Both the position numbers and the translations under genes were made by a program. Below the pieces are notes generated by a model. That model had not been told where the DNA came from and ran no database searches. It saw only the letters and a program-made list of their open reading frames with translations. A DNA stretch of 64,000 nt from Lachnospiraceae bacterium (GTDB lineage Bacteria > Bacillota > Clostridia > Lachnospirales > Lachnospiraceae): the NCBI GenBank assembly GCA_022792535.1, contig JAAWBG010000036.1, forward strand, positions 7,031 through 71,030, given 5' to 3'. Shown here piece after piece: positions 18,024 to 26,583 of the stretch. Position 1 is the first letter of the stretch. The number at the start of each line of letters is the position of its first letter.

Positions 18024-19226
18024 TTACACTACGCGGATTCTCTGCAAAATGTTCTTCAATTCAGCGGCTTTCTGCTCATAGTCTTTTTCTGTCATAACTT
18101 CCGTTATAAACCCTGTCTCTCCTGTTACGCCTTCCGGCTCTATAAACTCTACTGTTCCAAACACTTTCGTAACTTCCTCTTTTCCCTGACTGGTCCGAAC
18201 AAAAAATCTGCTCTGGGCCTTTTTATAATCCGCAAGATCCATTTTTCCAGAGCTCCAGGAGATCAGAATGTTTTTGTGAAGATGTTTCGCAATCTCTACC
18301 AGGTCTGCTGCCACCGCACTGGCAGTAGGAAGTTTTCCAGCTCCGCTTCCATAAAACATAGCGTCCCCTAACACATTTCCATGGACAAAAATCGCATTAA
18401 ACACATCATTGACACTGTACAGGGGATGCTGCTGGGACAGCAGAAAGGGCGCTACCATAGCGCAGTATCCTTCTTCTGTTTTCCTGCTGGTGGCCAGAAG
18501 TTTGATCACCCGTCCCATTGCCTTGGCGTACCGGATGTCTGCGGCAGTGATTTTTGTAATTCCTTCTGTATAAATCTCTTCAAAATCCACCTGCTGCCCG
18601 CATACCAGAGAGGTGAGAATGGCAATTTTCCGGCAGGCGTCATGTCCTTCGATATCTGCAGTGGGATCTGCCTCTGCATATCCTCTGGACTGGGCGTCTT
18701 TCAATACATCGTCAAATTCCAGTCCTTCAAATGTCATTTTACTCAGCATATAATTGGTAGTACCGTTTAAGATACCAGTGATCTCCTCAATCTCGTCGGC
18801 GGTAAGAGAAGAATTCAGCGGTCGGATAATAGGAATTCCCCCGCCTACGCTGGCCTCGAATAAAAAGTTTATGCTCTGTTCTCTGGCAATGGCAATCAAT
18901 TCCGCCCCATGTTTGGCAACCAATGCTTTATTAGATGTGGTAACGCTCTTTCCTGCCAGCAGGGCCTGTTTTACAAAGGTATAGGCCGGTTCCACTCCAC
19001 CCATAGCTTCCACTACCACTTGAATCTCTGGGTCTTTGGCAATTATATCGTAATCATGAACAATTTTTTTCTCCATGGGATCCCCTGGAAAATCTCTCAG
19101 ATCTAAAATGTATTTTACCTCAATCTCATCTCCTGCCCGTTTGGCGATGCTTTCCCGATTGGTATTCAGCACTTCCACCACGCCGGAGCCTATGGTTCCA
19201 TATCCTAATATTGCAATCTTTATCAT
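18024..19226 (-). CDS. hom: Homoserine dehydrogenase
   Basis: ILGYGTIGSG, VTTSNK, FEASVGGGIP, ILNGTTNY, GYAEADP. Confidence 0.95.
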   Translation of the reverse strand: MIKIAILGYGTIGSGVVEVLNTNRESIAKRAGDEIEVKYILDLRDFPGDPMEKKIVHDYDIIAKDPEIQVVVEAMGGVEPAYTFVKQALLAGKSVTTSNKALVAKHGAELIAIAREQSINFLFEASVGGGIPIIRPLNSSLTADEIEEITGILNGTTNYMLSKMTFEGLEFDDVLKDAQSRGYAEADPTADIEGHDACRKIAILTSLVCGQQVDFEEIYTEGITKITAADIRYAKAMGRVIKLLATSRKTEEGYCAMVAPFLLSQQHPLYSVNDVFNAIFVHGNVLGDAMFYGSGAGKLPTASAVAADLVEIAKHLHKNILISWSSGKMDLADYKKAQSRFFVRTSQGKEEVTKVFGTVEFIEPEGVTGETGFITEVMTEKDYEQKAAELKNILQRIRVV

Positions 19227-19242
19227 ATTGTCCTCCGTTCTG

Positions 19243-19686
19243 TCACTCTCTGGCTAATATTTTTAAATAGTGAACCCCTTCCTGCTGTTCAATGTTTTCA
19301 ATCATCTGGGATACATTTTTGGTATCTGGAAGAACATCTACGCTTAAAGTCAAAGATGCAATTCCATTGACCGGAATACTCTGATGAATGGTAAGAATAT
19401 TGGCATGAAAATCTGCCACAATTCCTAAAACCAGAGACAAAAGTCCCGGCTCATCATCCATCTGGATCACCATTGTGATAGTCTTTCCCTTAGCGTTGTC
19501 ATGAAACGGAAAGATATCGTCCTTATATTTGTAAAAGGAACTTCGGCTGATTCCTACCATATCTGTAGCTTCCTGTACTGACTCCGCCCGCTCCGACTCC
19601 AAAAGTTTCTTAGCTTCCACTACCTTTAACAGCACTTCTGGAACGGCTTTCTTCTTCAATACAAAATACTTCGTCTTCTCTTCCAT
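19243..19686 (-). CDS. thrR: ACT-domain regulator (PheB/ThrR, UPF0735 family)
   Basis: VPEVLLKVVEAK..GISRSSFYKYKD HTH-like segment plus ACT NILTIHQSIP; heads the hom cluster; start moved to MEEKTK. Confidence 0.75.
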   Translation of the reverse strand: MEEKTKYFVLKKKAVPEVLLKVVEAKKLLESERAESVQEATDMVGISRSSFYKYKDDIFPFHDNAKGKTITMVIQMDDEPGLLSLVLGIVADFHANILTIHQSIPVNGIASLTLSVDVLPDTKNVSQMIENIEQQEGVHYLKILARE

Positions 19687-19791
19687 ATCCTCCTCCGGTC
19701 TGTGAAATACCACCTGTCTGTTTTTCTATGGAATACATCTGTTCTTACCTGAAAGATATTAGCACATTTATTTTTTGAATGCAACCTGTTT

Positions 19792-20649
19792 TTAAAATTT
19801 TCTGCTGCCGCCGCTGGAACTGCGTCCTCCAGCTCCTTTGTGAACCGTACTTCTGCTGCCGCCGCTTTTGCTGCCGCTGGAACTTTCTCTCTCAATATGT
19901 CTATGGGTGACAAACTCATTGACCAGATGGTCCTTCTGATTTCTCAGATTCAGGCTGCTGTTCTTCTCTATCGGATACTTATATCCGCCGAATTTCAAAC
20001 GGTACTTTCCAATGATTCCGCCCACAGTAATGCCGCCGGCCGCAACTGCCGCTGCAGCGGCAATCAAGAACTCCAGCCTGGTAATTCCCCTCTGTTTTTC
20101 TTGTTGATAGGTCGTAATCTCTTCTGCGTCCTCATCATACAGATGGTTTTTGCCTGGCTCTTCTCTTTCATATGCAGTCTTTACTTCCCTCAGCATGGCC
20201 TTCAGCGTATCCCCATATCGTTCTTCCTGAATGGCCTCATACCCTGCATCTAGAATGCGTTCCGTTCTGTTGTCGGTAATATAAAATCTGCAGTCCCCAA
20301 ATGCCCGAACCGTAATCTCCCGGTTATCCATATCAATCACACAGATGACGCCATCGTCCTTTGTGGTATGTTGATCAAACCAAGTTTCTGCATAGGCAGT
20401 CCCATCCATTCCTTCCGCGTCATTGGAAGTCAGCGCCATAACGTCCCATCCCGAAGCCTGTTCTAATTCTTCGATCTGCTGTCTGATCTCTTCTGATTCC
20501 TGATCCGTAAGCAGTCCTGCCTGATCCGTAAGCTGCTGCTCCGCTTCCTGCGCCTTTACTCCTATGGGAAACAGGAAAAAACACAACAGCAGCATACAAA
20601 GAATCTGACGAATCTCTTTTTTTATTTCTATTTTTGTTTTCATTCTCAT
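19792..20649 (-). CDS. TPM-domain membrane protein (YdjH-like)
   Basis: Signal peptide, DQAGLL, IDMDNRE, single TM, Gly/Ser-rich SGGSRKF tail; start at 20649 overlaps the upstream stop (ATGA). Confidence 0.82.
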   Translation of the reverse strand: MRMKTKIEIKKEIRQILCMLLLCFFLFPIGVKAQEAEQQLTDQAGLLTDQESEEIRQQIEELEQASGWDVMALTSNDAEGMDGTAYAETWFDQHTTKDDGVICVIDMDNREITVRAFGDCRFYITDNRTERILDAGYEAIQEERYGDTLKAMLREVKTAYEREEPGKNHLYDEDAEEITTYQQEKQRGITRLEFLIAAAAAVAAGGITVGGIIGKYRLKFGGYKYPIEKNSSLNLRNQKDHLVNEFVTHRHIERESSSGSKSGGSRSTVHKGAGGRSSSGGSRKF

Positions 20650-21758
20650 AATAAGAACCCTCCGATCAGTCCCAGGATAAACACAAGAACAGAAACTATT
20701 CCGCCAAACATCCATACTTTTTTATAATCAATCGGAAGCTCTCCATAGACGCTGCCTGTCTGTCCATTCATGGAATAGTAATACATTTTCCCATCTTTTC
20801 CTTTGTAAGTCACCGTCCACACAGGAAGCATCATATAATCCCAGTTCTCTCTCTGACAGCGGATGCTGCAGTTTCTTACCGATACATGGGAATAGCCCTG
20901 AACAGATTTCTTCAGGATCTTCTCCCCATACTCCGCGGCCTCTGCCTGGACTTCCCGTTCCAGTTCTTCCCGCTCAATATCTCTTCTCTCTGCCAAAAAT
21001 CCTGACAGATATCCCATATGAAAATCTTGTACTTTGCTCATATCATAAGGCAGAATTCCGCTGGAAAGTTCATGATTGGCTTTTTTCAGAGCGTTCCTGG
21101 CCAAATCTTCCACATGAATATTCCCTTCCCGCTCTACGCGGTACACCTTTGTCTCAGTGTATTCTGTGTCGCCTCTGCGCCATACCCTCACATTTTTTGC
21201 CTCGGCCTGCAAAGACCCTGCCAGGTCTACGTCCACCATCCAATAGGGAAAATAGACTCCGGAAATCTTTTCAATCTGCCGTCTGTGAAAAAAGGCTCTA
21301 GGAACAAATTTTTTACTATGTACATATTTCAGAAATCTCTCTGTCGCCTGATTTTTATCAATAGAAAACGGAATAATCTTGTGGGGCAGAAATTCCCCTG
21401 ACACCCGTCCCGACAATACCACCGGATTGTGACAATAATAACAAAAAGACGCCGCTGTGGTATCGTCCGTCACAATCTGAGCGCCGCAGCTGGGACAGCT
21501 GTAACTGTTTCCCACCTCCCCTTCCCTGGAAGATCTTCCTGTCTCTTCCTGATTTCTTTCTCCTTCTTGGGTGGAAGAGTTATTCTGCCTCCTGCTTTCC
21601 GCCAATGGATCTGTCTCCCCGCCCACTGCCGGCTCCATCTGCTGTAATTCTTCCTGTGAAAACGCAGAAGCACAGTATTCACACCTGTACTTCTGCGTTC
21701 CCGGATTGAATACCAGCTCGCCATCACAATTGGGACATTTATAACTGATAACTGCCAT
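20646..21758 (-). CDS. Double zinc-ribbon membrane protein (YdjG-like)
   Basis: ISYKCPNC..CEYC, CPSCGA..CYYC, IIPFSID, YFPYW, MLPVW, NGQTG, C-terminal TM. Confidence 0.8.
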   Translation of the reverse strand: MAVISYKCPNCDGELVFNPGTQKYRCEYCASAFSQEELQQMEPAVGGETDPLAESRRQNNSSTQEGERNQEETGRSSREGEVGNSYSCPSCGAQIVTDDTTAASFCYYCHNPVVLSGRVSGEFLPHKIIPFSIDKNQATERFLKYVHSKKFVPRAFFHRRQIEKISGVYFPYWMVDVDLAGSLQAEAKNVRVWRRGDTEYTETKVYRVEREGNIHVEDLARNALKKANHELSSGILPYDMSKVQDFHMGYLSGFLAERRDIEREELEREVQAEAAEYGEKILKKSVQGYSHVSVRNCSIRCQRENWDYMMLPVWTVTYKGKDGKMYYYSMNGQTGSVYGELPIDYKKVWMFGGIVSVLVFILGLIGGFLL

Positions 21759-21781
21759 CTGTATTCTCCTTATCTGCTATG

Positions 21782-23092
21782 TTACTTTCTAGGACCTCCG
21801 CATTCAGAACAGAACTTTCCGCTGTTGACTGCTCCACAGCTGCAAGTCCATTCACCAGATGGTTCTGGTCTGGGACTGCCGCACTCAGAGCAGAATTTCC
21901 CACTGTTGACTGCTCCGCAGCTGCAAGTCCATGGGCCGGAAACCTGTGGCTGGGGCTTTCCGCATTCGGAACAGAATTTTCCCGTATTTTCTGCTCCGCA
22001 GCTGCATGTCCATCCCTTTGTCTGAGGTTTCCCCTGAGGCTGTCTTCCTTGCTGGCTTACTGCCGGAGATACGCCCTGTCCCTGGAACTGCTGGTTCTGC
22101 TGCATCTGCATTTGCTGCATATTCGCCGCAGAGGCTGCCCCCATCACGCTTCCGCCGGCCTGCATGCCCATACCCATGCCCATAAATCCCGCCATAGCGC
22201 CATTGGCATTGGAACCTGCCGCTTCCAGTCCTCTTGCCACATGTCCCTGCATGTATCCTTCCCGTATAGAAGGATCTCCAAGCATAGCTCCCTCGTTGCG
22301 CATATTGATCAGTTCTGTGGACTTTTCATCATAGGAAACGCTGGCAATACCAACTGCCTGAATCTCCATGCCGCGCATTTGATTCCAGTCTGCATCCAGC
22401 GTATCCGCCATATATTTTCCCAATTCCCTGCTCTTAGATGTCACATGAGAAATACGGATACCGTCTGCTGACATCTGATTCACTGCAGACTGGAGCGCTT
22501 CTAAAAACTCCGCCAAATATTGCTCATTGATATCTTCGATCTCCACTTGGTCTGCATTCCTTGGAATGGCTTCTCCATAAAAACGAATGGGATCTGTGAT
22601 TTTGATAGAATAAGTTCCATGAGCCCGCAGAAACAATTCTGCATTGTAAAAATTATCAAAATAATTGATGGGATTTCTGGTGCCGAATTTGATCCCTTTG
22701 ATCTCCTGCAGATTAATATAAAATACTTTCTGCATCACGGGAGTCTGACCGCCGAATTTAATCCGGTTAAAAGATTCTGAAATAGTATCCTTTAGCTCTC
22801 CGTTAAATAGCGAAGGCAGCGCAGAATTATCTACCTTATAATATCCCGGCTCTGCCGTATAATCTACAATCTTCCCTCCATCTACCAACATCATAAACTG
22901 ATTGTCATACACATGAATGACAGAACCATTGCTCACCGTGTCGCTGGTTCCCTTTACGTTCTGTCCCTTCCGTATTTTCACTCCCTGAGTAAATACAGTT
23001 CTGTCTCCCATATTATCTGGTTCATACACTTCCAGCCATTGGTCTGCCAGTCCGCCGGATATTGCCTGAGCTGCTGCCTTTATAATTCCCAT
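21782..23092 (-). CDS. SPFH/band-7 protein (YdjI / virion-core-protein-like) with three C-terminal zinc ribbons
   Basis: SPFH-type core (VFYINLQE..IKFGT..LRAHGTYSIKITDP), GMGMG stretch, three WTCSCG.vNsGKFCSECG repeats. Confidence 0.82.
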   Translation of the reverse strand: MGIIKAAAQAISGGLADQWLEVYEPDNMGDRTVFTQGVKIRKGQNVKGTSDTVSNGSVIHVYDNQFMMLVDGGKIVDYTAEPGYYKVDNSALPSLFNGELKDTISESFNRIKFGGQTPVMQKVFYINLQEIKGIKFGTRNPINYFDNFYNAELFLRAHGTYSIKITDPIRFYGEAIPRNADQVEIEDINEQYLAEFLEALQSAVNQMSADGIRISHVTSKSRELGKYMADTLDADWNQMRGMEIQAVGIASVSYDEKSTELINMRNEGAMLGDPSIREGYMQGHVARGLEAAGSNANGAMAGFMGMGMGMQAGGSVMGAASAANMQQMQMQQNQQFQGQGVSPAVSQQGRQPQGKPQTKGWTCSCGAENTGKFCSECGKPQPQVSGPWTCSCGAVNSGKFCSECGSPRPEPSGEWTCSCGAVNSGKFCSECGGPRK

Positions 23093-23130
23093 TGCTACCT
23101 CCCTGTACAGATTTTCATTCTGTTTATATT

Positions 23131-23180
23131 TACATTTATGTTTTCACTTACATTTATATTTTCACTTACATTTATATTTT
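23131..23180. repeat. Intergenic 18-bp tandem repeat, about 2.8 copies
   Basis: TACATTTATGTTTTCACT / TACATTTATATTTTCACT / TACATTTATATTTT. Confidence 0.75.
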
Positions 23181-23198
23181 TATTTTCTGATTCAGCGT

Positions 23199-23957
23199 TT
23201 ATGAAACACTGTGATAATCTACTTCATAAAATTTGTGGAAGGACCAGACCTGCCGGTTCACTGGCGTAACCACGCCGCCGCAGTACTCACACTGCTTTAC
23301 ACCCAGCCCGGTAACCGGGGCGCCGCAATGGGGACAGGTAATTCCCACTCCATGATCCGAATTGGCCAGTTCCTCATCTTGTACATAAAGAATTTCCATA
23401 TTATATCGTGTCTGTTCTAAAAGCTTGTCGTCTCCCTCTATTACCTCTCCTTCTCTGGTCTTATAGTGAAGATGTCCCACTGCACTCTGGAGAGTTATCA
23501 CACACGTTCCACGGTCTTTCTCATATTTTGTGATCTCTGTATTGTAGATTTGAATATCCTTATAATGCTCTCGGATTTTTTGAGCCTGATTCCTGGAAAT
23601 CTGCAGTTCCAGCTGTCTTTGCAGTTCTTCTGATCCCTCTTTCAGATAAGAAATATCTTCTCTGTCCAGGGCAGTCAAAAATCCTTTCATCCTGTTTTCC
23701 GCTTTATTCTGAAATTCTCTCCAGTTAAATTCCGGAAAATCCCGCTGAATCTGAGGCGCCAGCAATCTTGTCATTCCTGCAACAGATTTAGGAGTGGCGG
23801 CAAGTTCCTGGGCCTGCCGCTTCCACCCCTCAGTCAATGATTTCGTTCCAAAAAAATCCATGGAAATCCGGCGTATCTTATACACAAGATAGAAAATGAC
23901 AGCTATCACCAGCACAAACACTGCAGCTGCCGCTATCAGTCCTACGCTTACTTTCAC
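23199..23957 (-). CDS. Membrane-anchored Tim44-like protein with C-terminal zinc ribbon
   Basis: N-terminal TM, DFPEFNWREF segment typical of Tim44-like folds, CPHCGAP..CEYCG; GTG start overlaps the prfB stop (GTGA) with a GGAGGG RBS. Confidence 0.65.
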   Translation of the reverse strand: MKVSVGLIAAAAVFVLVIAVIFYLVYKIRRISMDFFGTKSLTEGWKRQAQELAATPKSVAGMTRLLAPQIQRDFPEFNWREFQNKAENRMKGFLTALDREDISYLKEGSEELQRQLELQISRNQAQKIREHYKDIQIYNTEITKYEKDRGTCVITLQSAVGHLHYKTREGEVIEGDDKLLEQTRYNMEILYVQDEELANSDHGVGITCPHCGAPVTGLGVKQCEYCGGVVTPVNRQVWSFHKFYEVDYHSVS

Positions 23958-25073
23958 TTTTGTGTTCCCTCCAGGCTCTTCCATTTCAAATAGGCATTGA
24001 TAAACAGATCTAGTTTTCCGTCCATAACGCTGTCCACATTTCCAGTTTCTGCATTGGTACGGTGATCTTTTACCATGGTATAGGGCTGCATCACATAAGA
24101 ACGGATCTGATTCCCCCAGCCAATCTCTGTGACCTCTCCCCGGATATCTGCGGCTTTTTTCTCATTTTCTTCCTGTTTCAGCAGATACAGCTTCGCTTTT
24201 AACATCTGCATGGCCTTATCCTTATTCATGTGCTGAGACCGTTCATTCTGACACTGCACCACAATTCCTGTGGGAAGATGGGTGATGCGGATAGCAGAAG
24301 ACGTCTTGTTGATATGCTGTCCGCCCGCTCCGCTGGAACGGTAAGTATCAATTCTTAACTCCTCGTCTTTTACTTCAATGTCCAGATCTTTCTCAATATC
24401 CGGCATCACATCACAGGAGGCAAAAGAAGTCTGTCGTTTCCCTGCCGCATTAAAGGGTGAGATCCGCACCAGACGGTGCACGCCTTTTTCTGATTTCAGA
24501 TAGCCATAGGCATTTTCTCCCTTCACCTCAAAAGTAATGGACTTAATCCCTGCTTCTTCTCCGTCCAGAGAATCCAGCACTTCCACGTCAAATCCTTTGT
24601 CTTCCGCCCATCGCTTGTACATGCGGTACAGCATAGAATTCCAGTCGCAGGATTCTGTTCCTCCGGCCCCTGCATGAAGGGAAACGATTGCATTCTCCGT
24701 ATCGTATTCCCCGGATAAAAGAGTCTTGATCCGAATCCCCTCAAAGGTATTGATAAATTCCTGCAGCGCTTCCTCAATCTCTGGAATCAGGGAGGCGTCG
24801 TTTTCCTCATACCCCATTTCCAAAAGGGTCTCGATATCCTCGTACTGCCCGGAAAGCTGAGCATAAGTCTCCACATCGTCTTTCAGGCTTTTCAATTCCT
24901 TCATCTTTTCCTGGGAAAGCTCTGCATTATCCCAAAAATCCGGCGCTTCCATCTCTCGTTCCAATTCCTGGATCTTCTTTTCTTTATTTGCTAAGTTAAA
25001 GTGAATCCCTCACTTCCACTAACGGTTCTTTGTATGTGTTCAAAGTAGTTTTGAACTGATCTAATTCTACCAT
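23954..25073 (-). CDS. prfB: Peptide chain release factor 2 with programmed +1 frameshift
   Basis: SPF and GGQ motifs. ATG at 25073 gives 25 codons ending CTT TAA, then the +1 frame N-L-A-N-K joins track ORF 23954..24964 (372 aa total). Confidence 0.95.
24995..25010 (-). promoter_or_regulatory. prfB frameshift cassette (internal SD plus CTT-stop-C)
   Basis: AGGGAT-TCA-CTT-TAA-C, same geometry as canonical AGGGGG-TAT-CTT-TGA-C. Confidence 0.88.
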
Positions 25074-25114
25074 CGTGTCACCTCTTTCTCTTTCATTTTC
25101 CTTATTTCTGTTTT

Positions 25115-25143
25115 ATTATAAGGTTTTCCAGCCATATCGTCAA
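25115..25143 (-). promoter_or_regulatory. Sigma-A promoter of prfB
   Basis: TTGACG-17 nt-TATAAT. Confidence 0.7.
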
Positions 25144-25180
25144 TGGATTCTATCTTTCCCTTTTTAAAACAAGTCATCGT

Positions 25181-25891
25181 TCAGCCTCGTTTTAAGGTAC
25201 GCACATACTCTTTTTCCTCTGCAGAAACTTTCAAGGATTCTGTGATTTTTTGAATCGCCTTGTTATGGGTAAAATCATTTAGTGTATTTTCTTTTAAAAA
25301 AGGCAGCGTCTCTTTGGGAAATTCCCGGTAACAGATGGACACCGCCCAGGCCTGAGCCATATTCACATAATAATCCTCCTGCCTTACCTGCTGCACTGCT
25401 TCCAGCACCTGCATCAGATACCTCTCATTGATATAATAATTCAAAAACTGTACCAATGCAAAACGGATCTCGAATTCCCTGGAACTGTTCTGATAAGTCT
25501 TTAAAAATTCCCACATCTCTTCCGGCTGGGTTTTTGCCAGTTTTATGGTAGAACATACGCTGTCGCAGACAGACCAGTTGTCAATCTTGGGAATAAATTT
25601 TTCCAGATATTCCTTTTTCTCCTGGAGATTTCCTTTGGCATATCCTAAAGTCATGCCCTGCAGAATGATCTCCTCATAGCTGCCGTCCAAAGCTCCATCC
25701 AGATAAGTTCTCCAGTCTCCCTTTGCCAGTTCCTTAGCTAATTTCCGCAAAGCCGGTATCCGCACCCCTAAGATAGGCTCCACCCCTGGCAGCAGTTTTG
25801 CCGTAAAGGCTTGAAATTCCGGCTCCCGAAGCTGTTCTAATTGCTCTCGGATCTCACCGTTGATCCCTGTGGACCTCTCTCTATGTTCCAC
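25181..25891 (-). CDS. DNA alkylation repair protein (AlkD-like)
   Basis: ILGVRIPALRKLAK, IDNWSVCDS, YYVNMAQAW motifs; GTG start with AAGGAG RBS. Confidence 0.85.
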   Translation of the reverse strand: MEHRERSTGINGEIREQLEQLREPEFQAFTAKLLPGVEPILGVRIPALRKLAKELAKGDWRTYLDGALDGSYEEIILQGMTLGYAKGNLQEKKEYLEKFIPKIDNWSVCDSVCSTIKLAKTQPEEMWEFLKTYQNSSREFEIRFALVQFLNYYINERYLMQVLEAVQQVRQEDYYVNMAQAWAVSICYREFPKETLPFLKENTLNDFTHNKAIQKITESLKVSAEEKEYVRTLKRG

Positions 25892-25928
25892 CTCTGTTTC
25901 TCCTTTTCATCTTCTTTTGTCTCGAACA

Positions 25929-26238
25929 AAGCGGACAGGTCCGCTTCAACTCCCTGAATCCCTCAATTTTGAGGGACCTGGACGGTTTGCTGCGCCGAGC
26001 ACAATTGCGAAGCAATATTTTACCTCTTGTGCGAGTGCGCATATTATTTTTATCTTATAGGAATATACTTTCACGCTTTAGCGGGACAAGGTCTTTCCTA
26101 TAAGACAAAAAGAATCCTGCTCCGCAGGATTCTCCGCCTGCGGCGGGCCGCTCTCGCGGTTCACTTCCTTTCCGCCGCAGTGCGATCCCCTGAGGGTTTT
26201 TATCGTATAGGAAACTTCGTTCCCTATACGATAAAAAA
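25929..26238. repeat. Cluster of short palindromes including four copies of a 17-bp motif
   Basis: At least 8 consecutive hairpins; TTTTT(A/G)TC(G/T)TATAGG(A/G)A at 26047(+), 26095-26111(-), 26197(+), 26221-26237(-). Confidence 0.7.
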
Positions 26239-26244
26239 CAATTG

Positions 26245-26253
26245 TGTTATAAT
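26245..26253 (+). promoter_or_regulatory. Extended -10 element upstream of the long hairpin and ogt
   Basis: TG-T-TATAAT; no good -35. Confidence 0.45.
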
Positions 26254-26272
26254 ATATAGAAAATCAATAGAG

Positions 26273-26548
26273 AATTATGGAACCCAGTAATTGTAGTAAT
26301 TTCATGTACAATTTAGAAAACTTAAAGTAAATATTTTACTCCTACAAAAGCTAAAAAATGCATTTTAGCACCATGAAAATGAGACTTAAAAACCATGGAA
26401 GTTTTTACTGAACATGGTTTTTGTTTTAAGAGGCTCATTGGAATGTTTGGTGCGTCCAGCATTTTGTGCTTTTCGTGGGAAGTAAAATATTCAGGAAAGC
26501 GTGTAAAAATTGTACATAAAATTCCAATAATTTAGCAGTTCCACAATT
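26273..26548. ncRNA. 276-nt rod-like imperfect inverted repeat, candidate structured RNA or decayed MITE
   Basis: Nested helices paired by hand, including two perfect 11-bp stems flanking a 15x15 symmetric loop. Confidence 0.5.
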
Positions 26549-26583
26549 ATTTATAAAAGTCAATTACGAAAGGACACTGCCCC

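Noticed and set aside
16718-19792. Lysine riboswitch or T-box ahead of lysC/hom
   Set aside because: Intergenic gaps are too short and no conserved motifs were seen
23131-23180. CRISPR array
   Set aside because: Repeats are head to tail with no spacers, and no cas genes are present
26197-26238. Intrinsic terminator call for the long TTCG-loop hairpin
   Set aside because: The T-run precedes and the A-run follows the stem on both strands, the wrong polarity for termination
26320-26490. Type I toxin peptide inside the long hairpin (23-24 aa ORFs on either strand)
   Set aside because: No RBS and no convincing transmembrane helix
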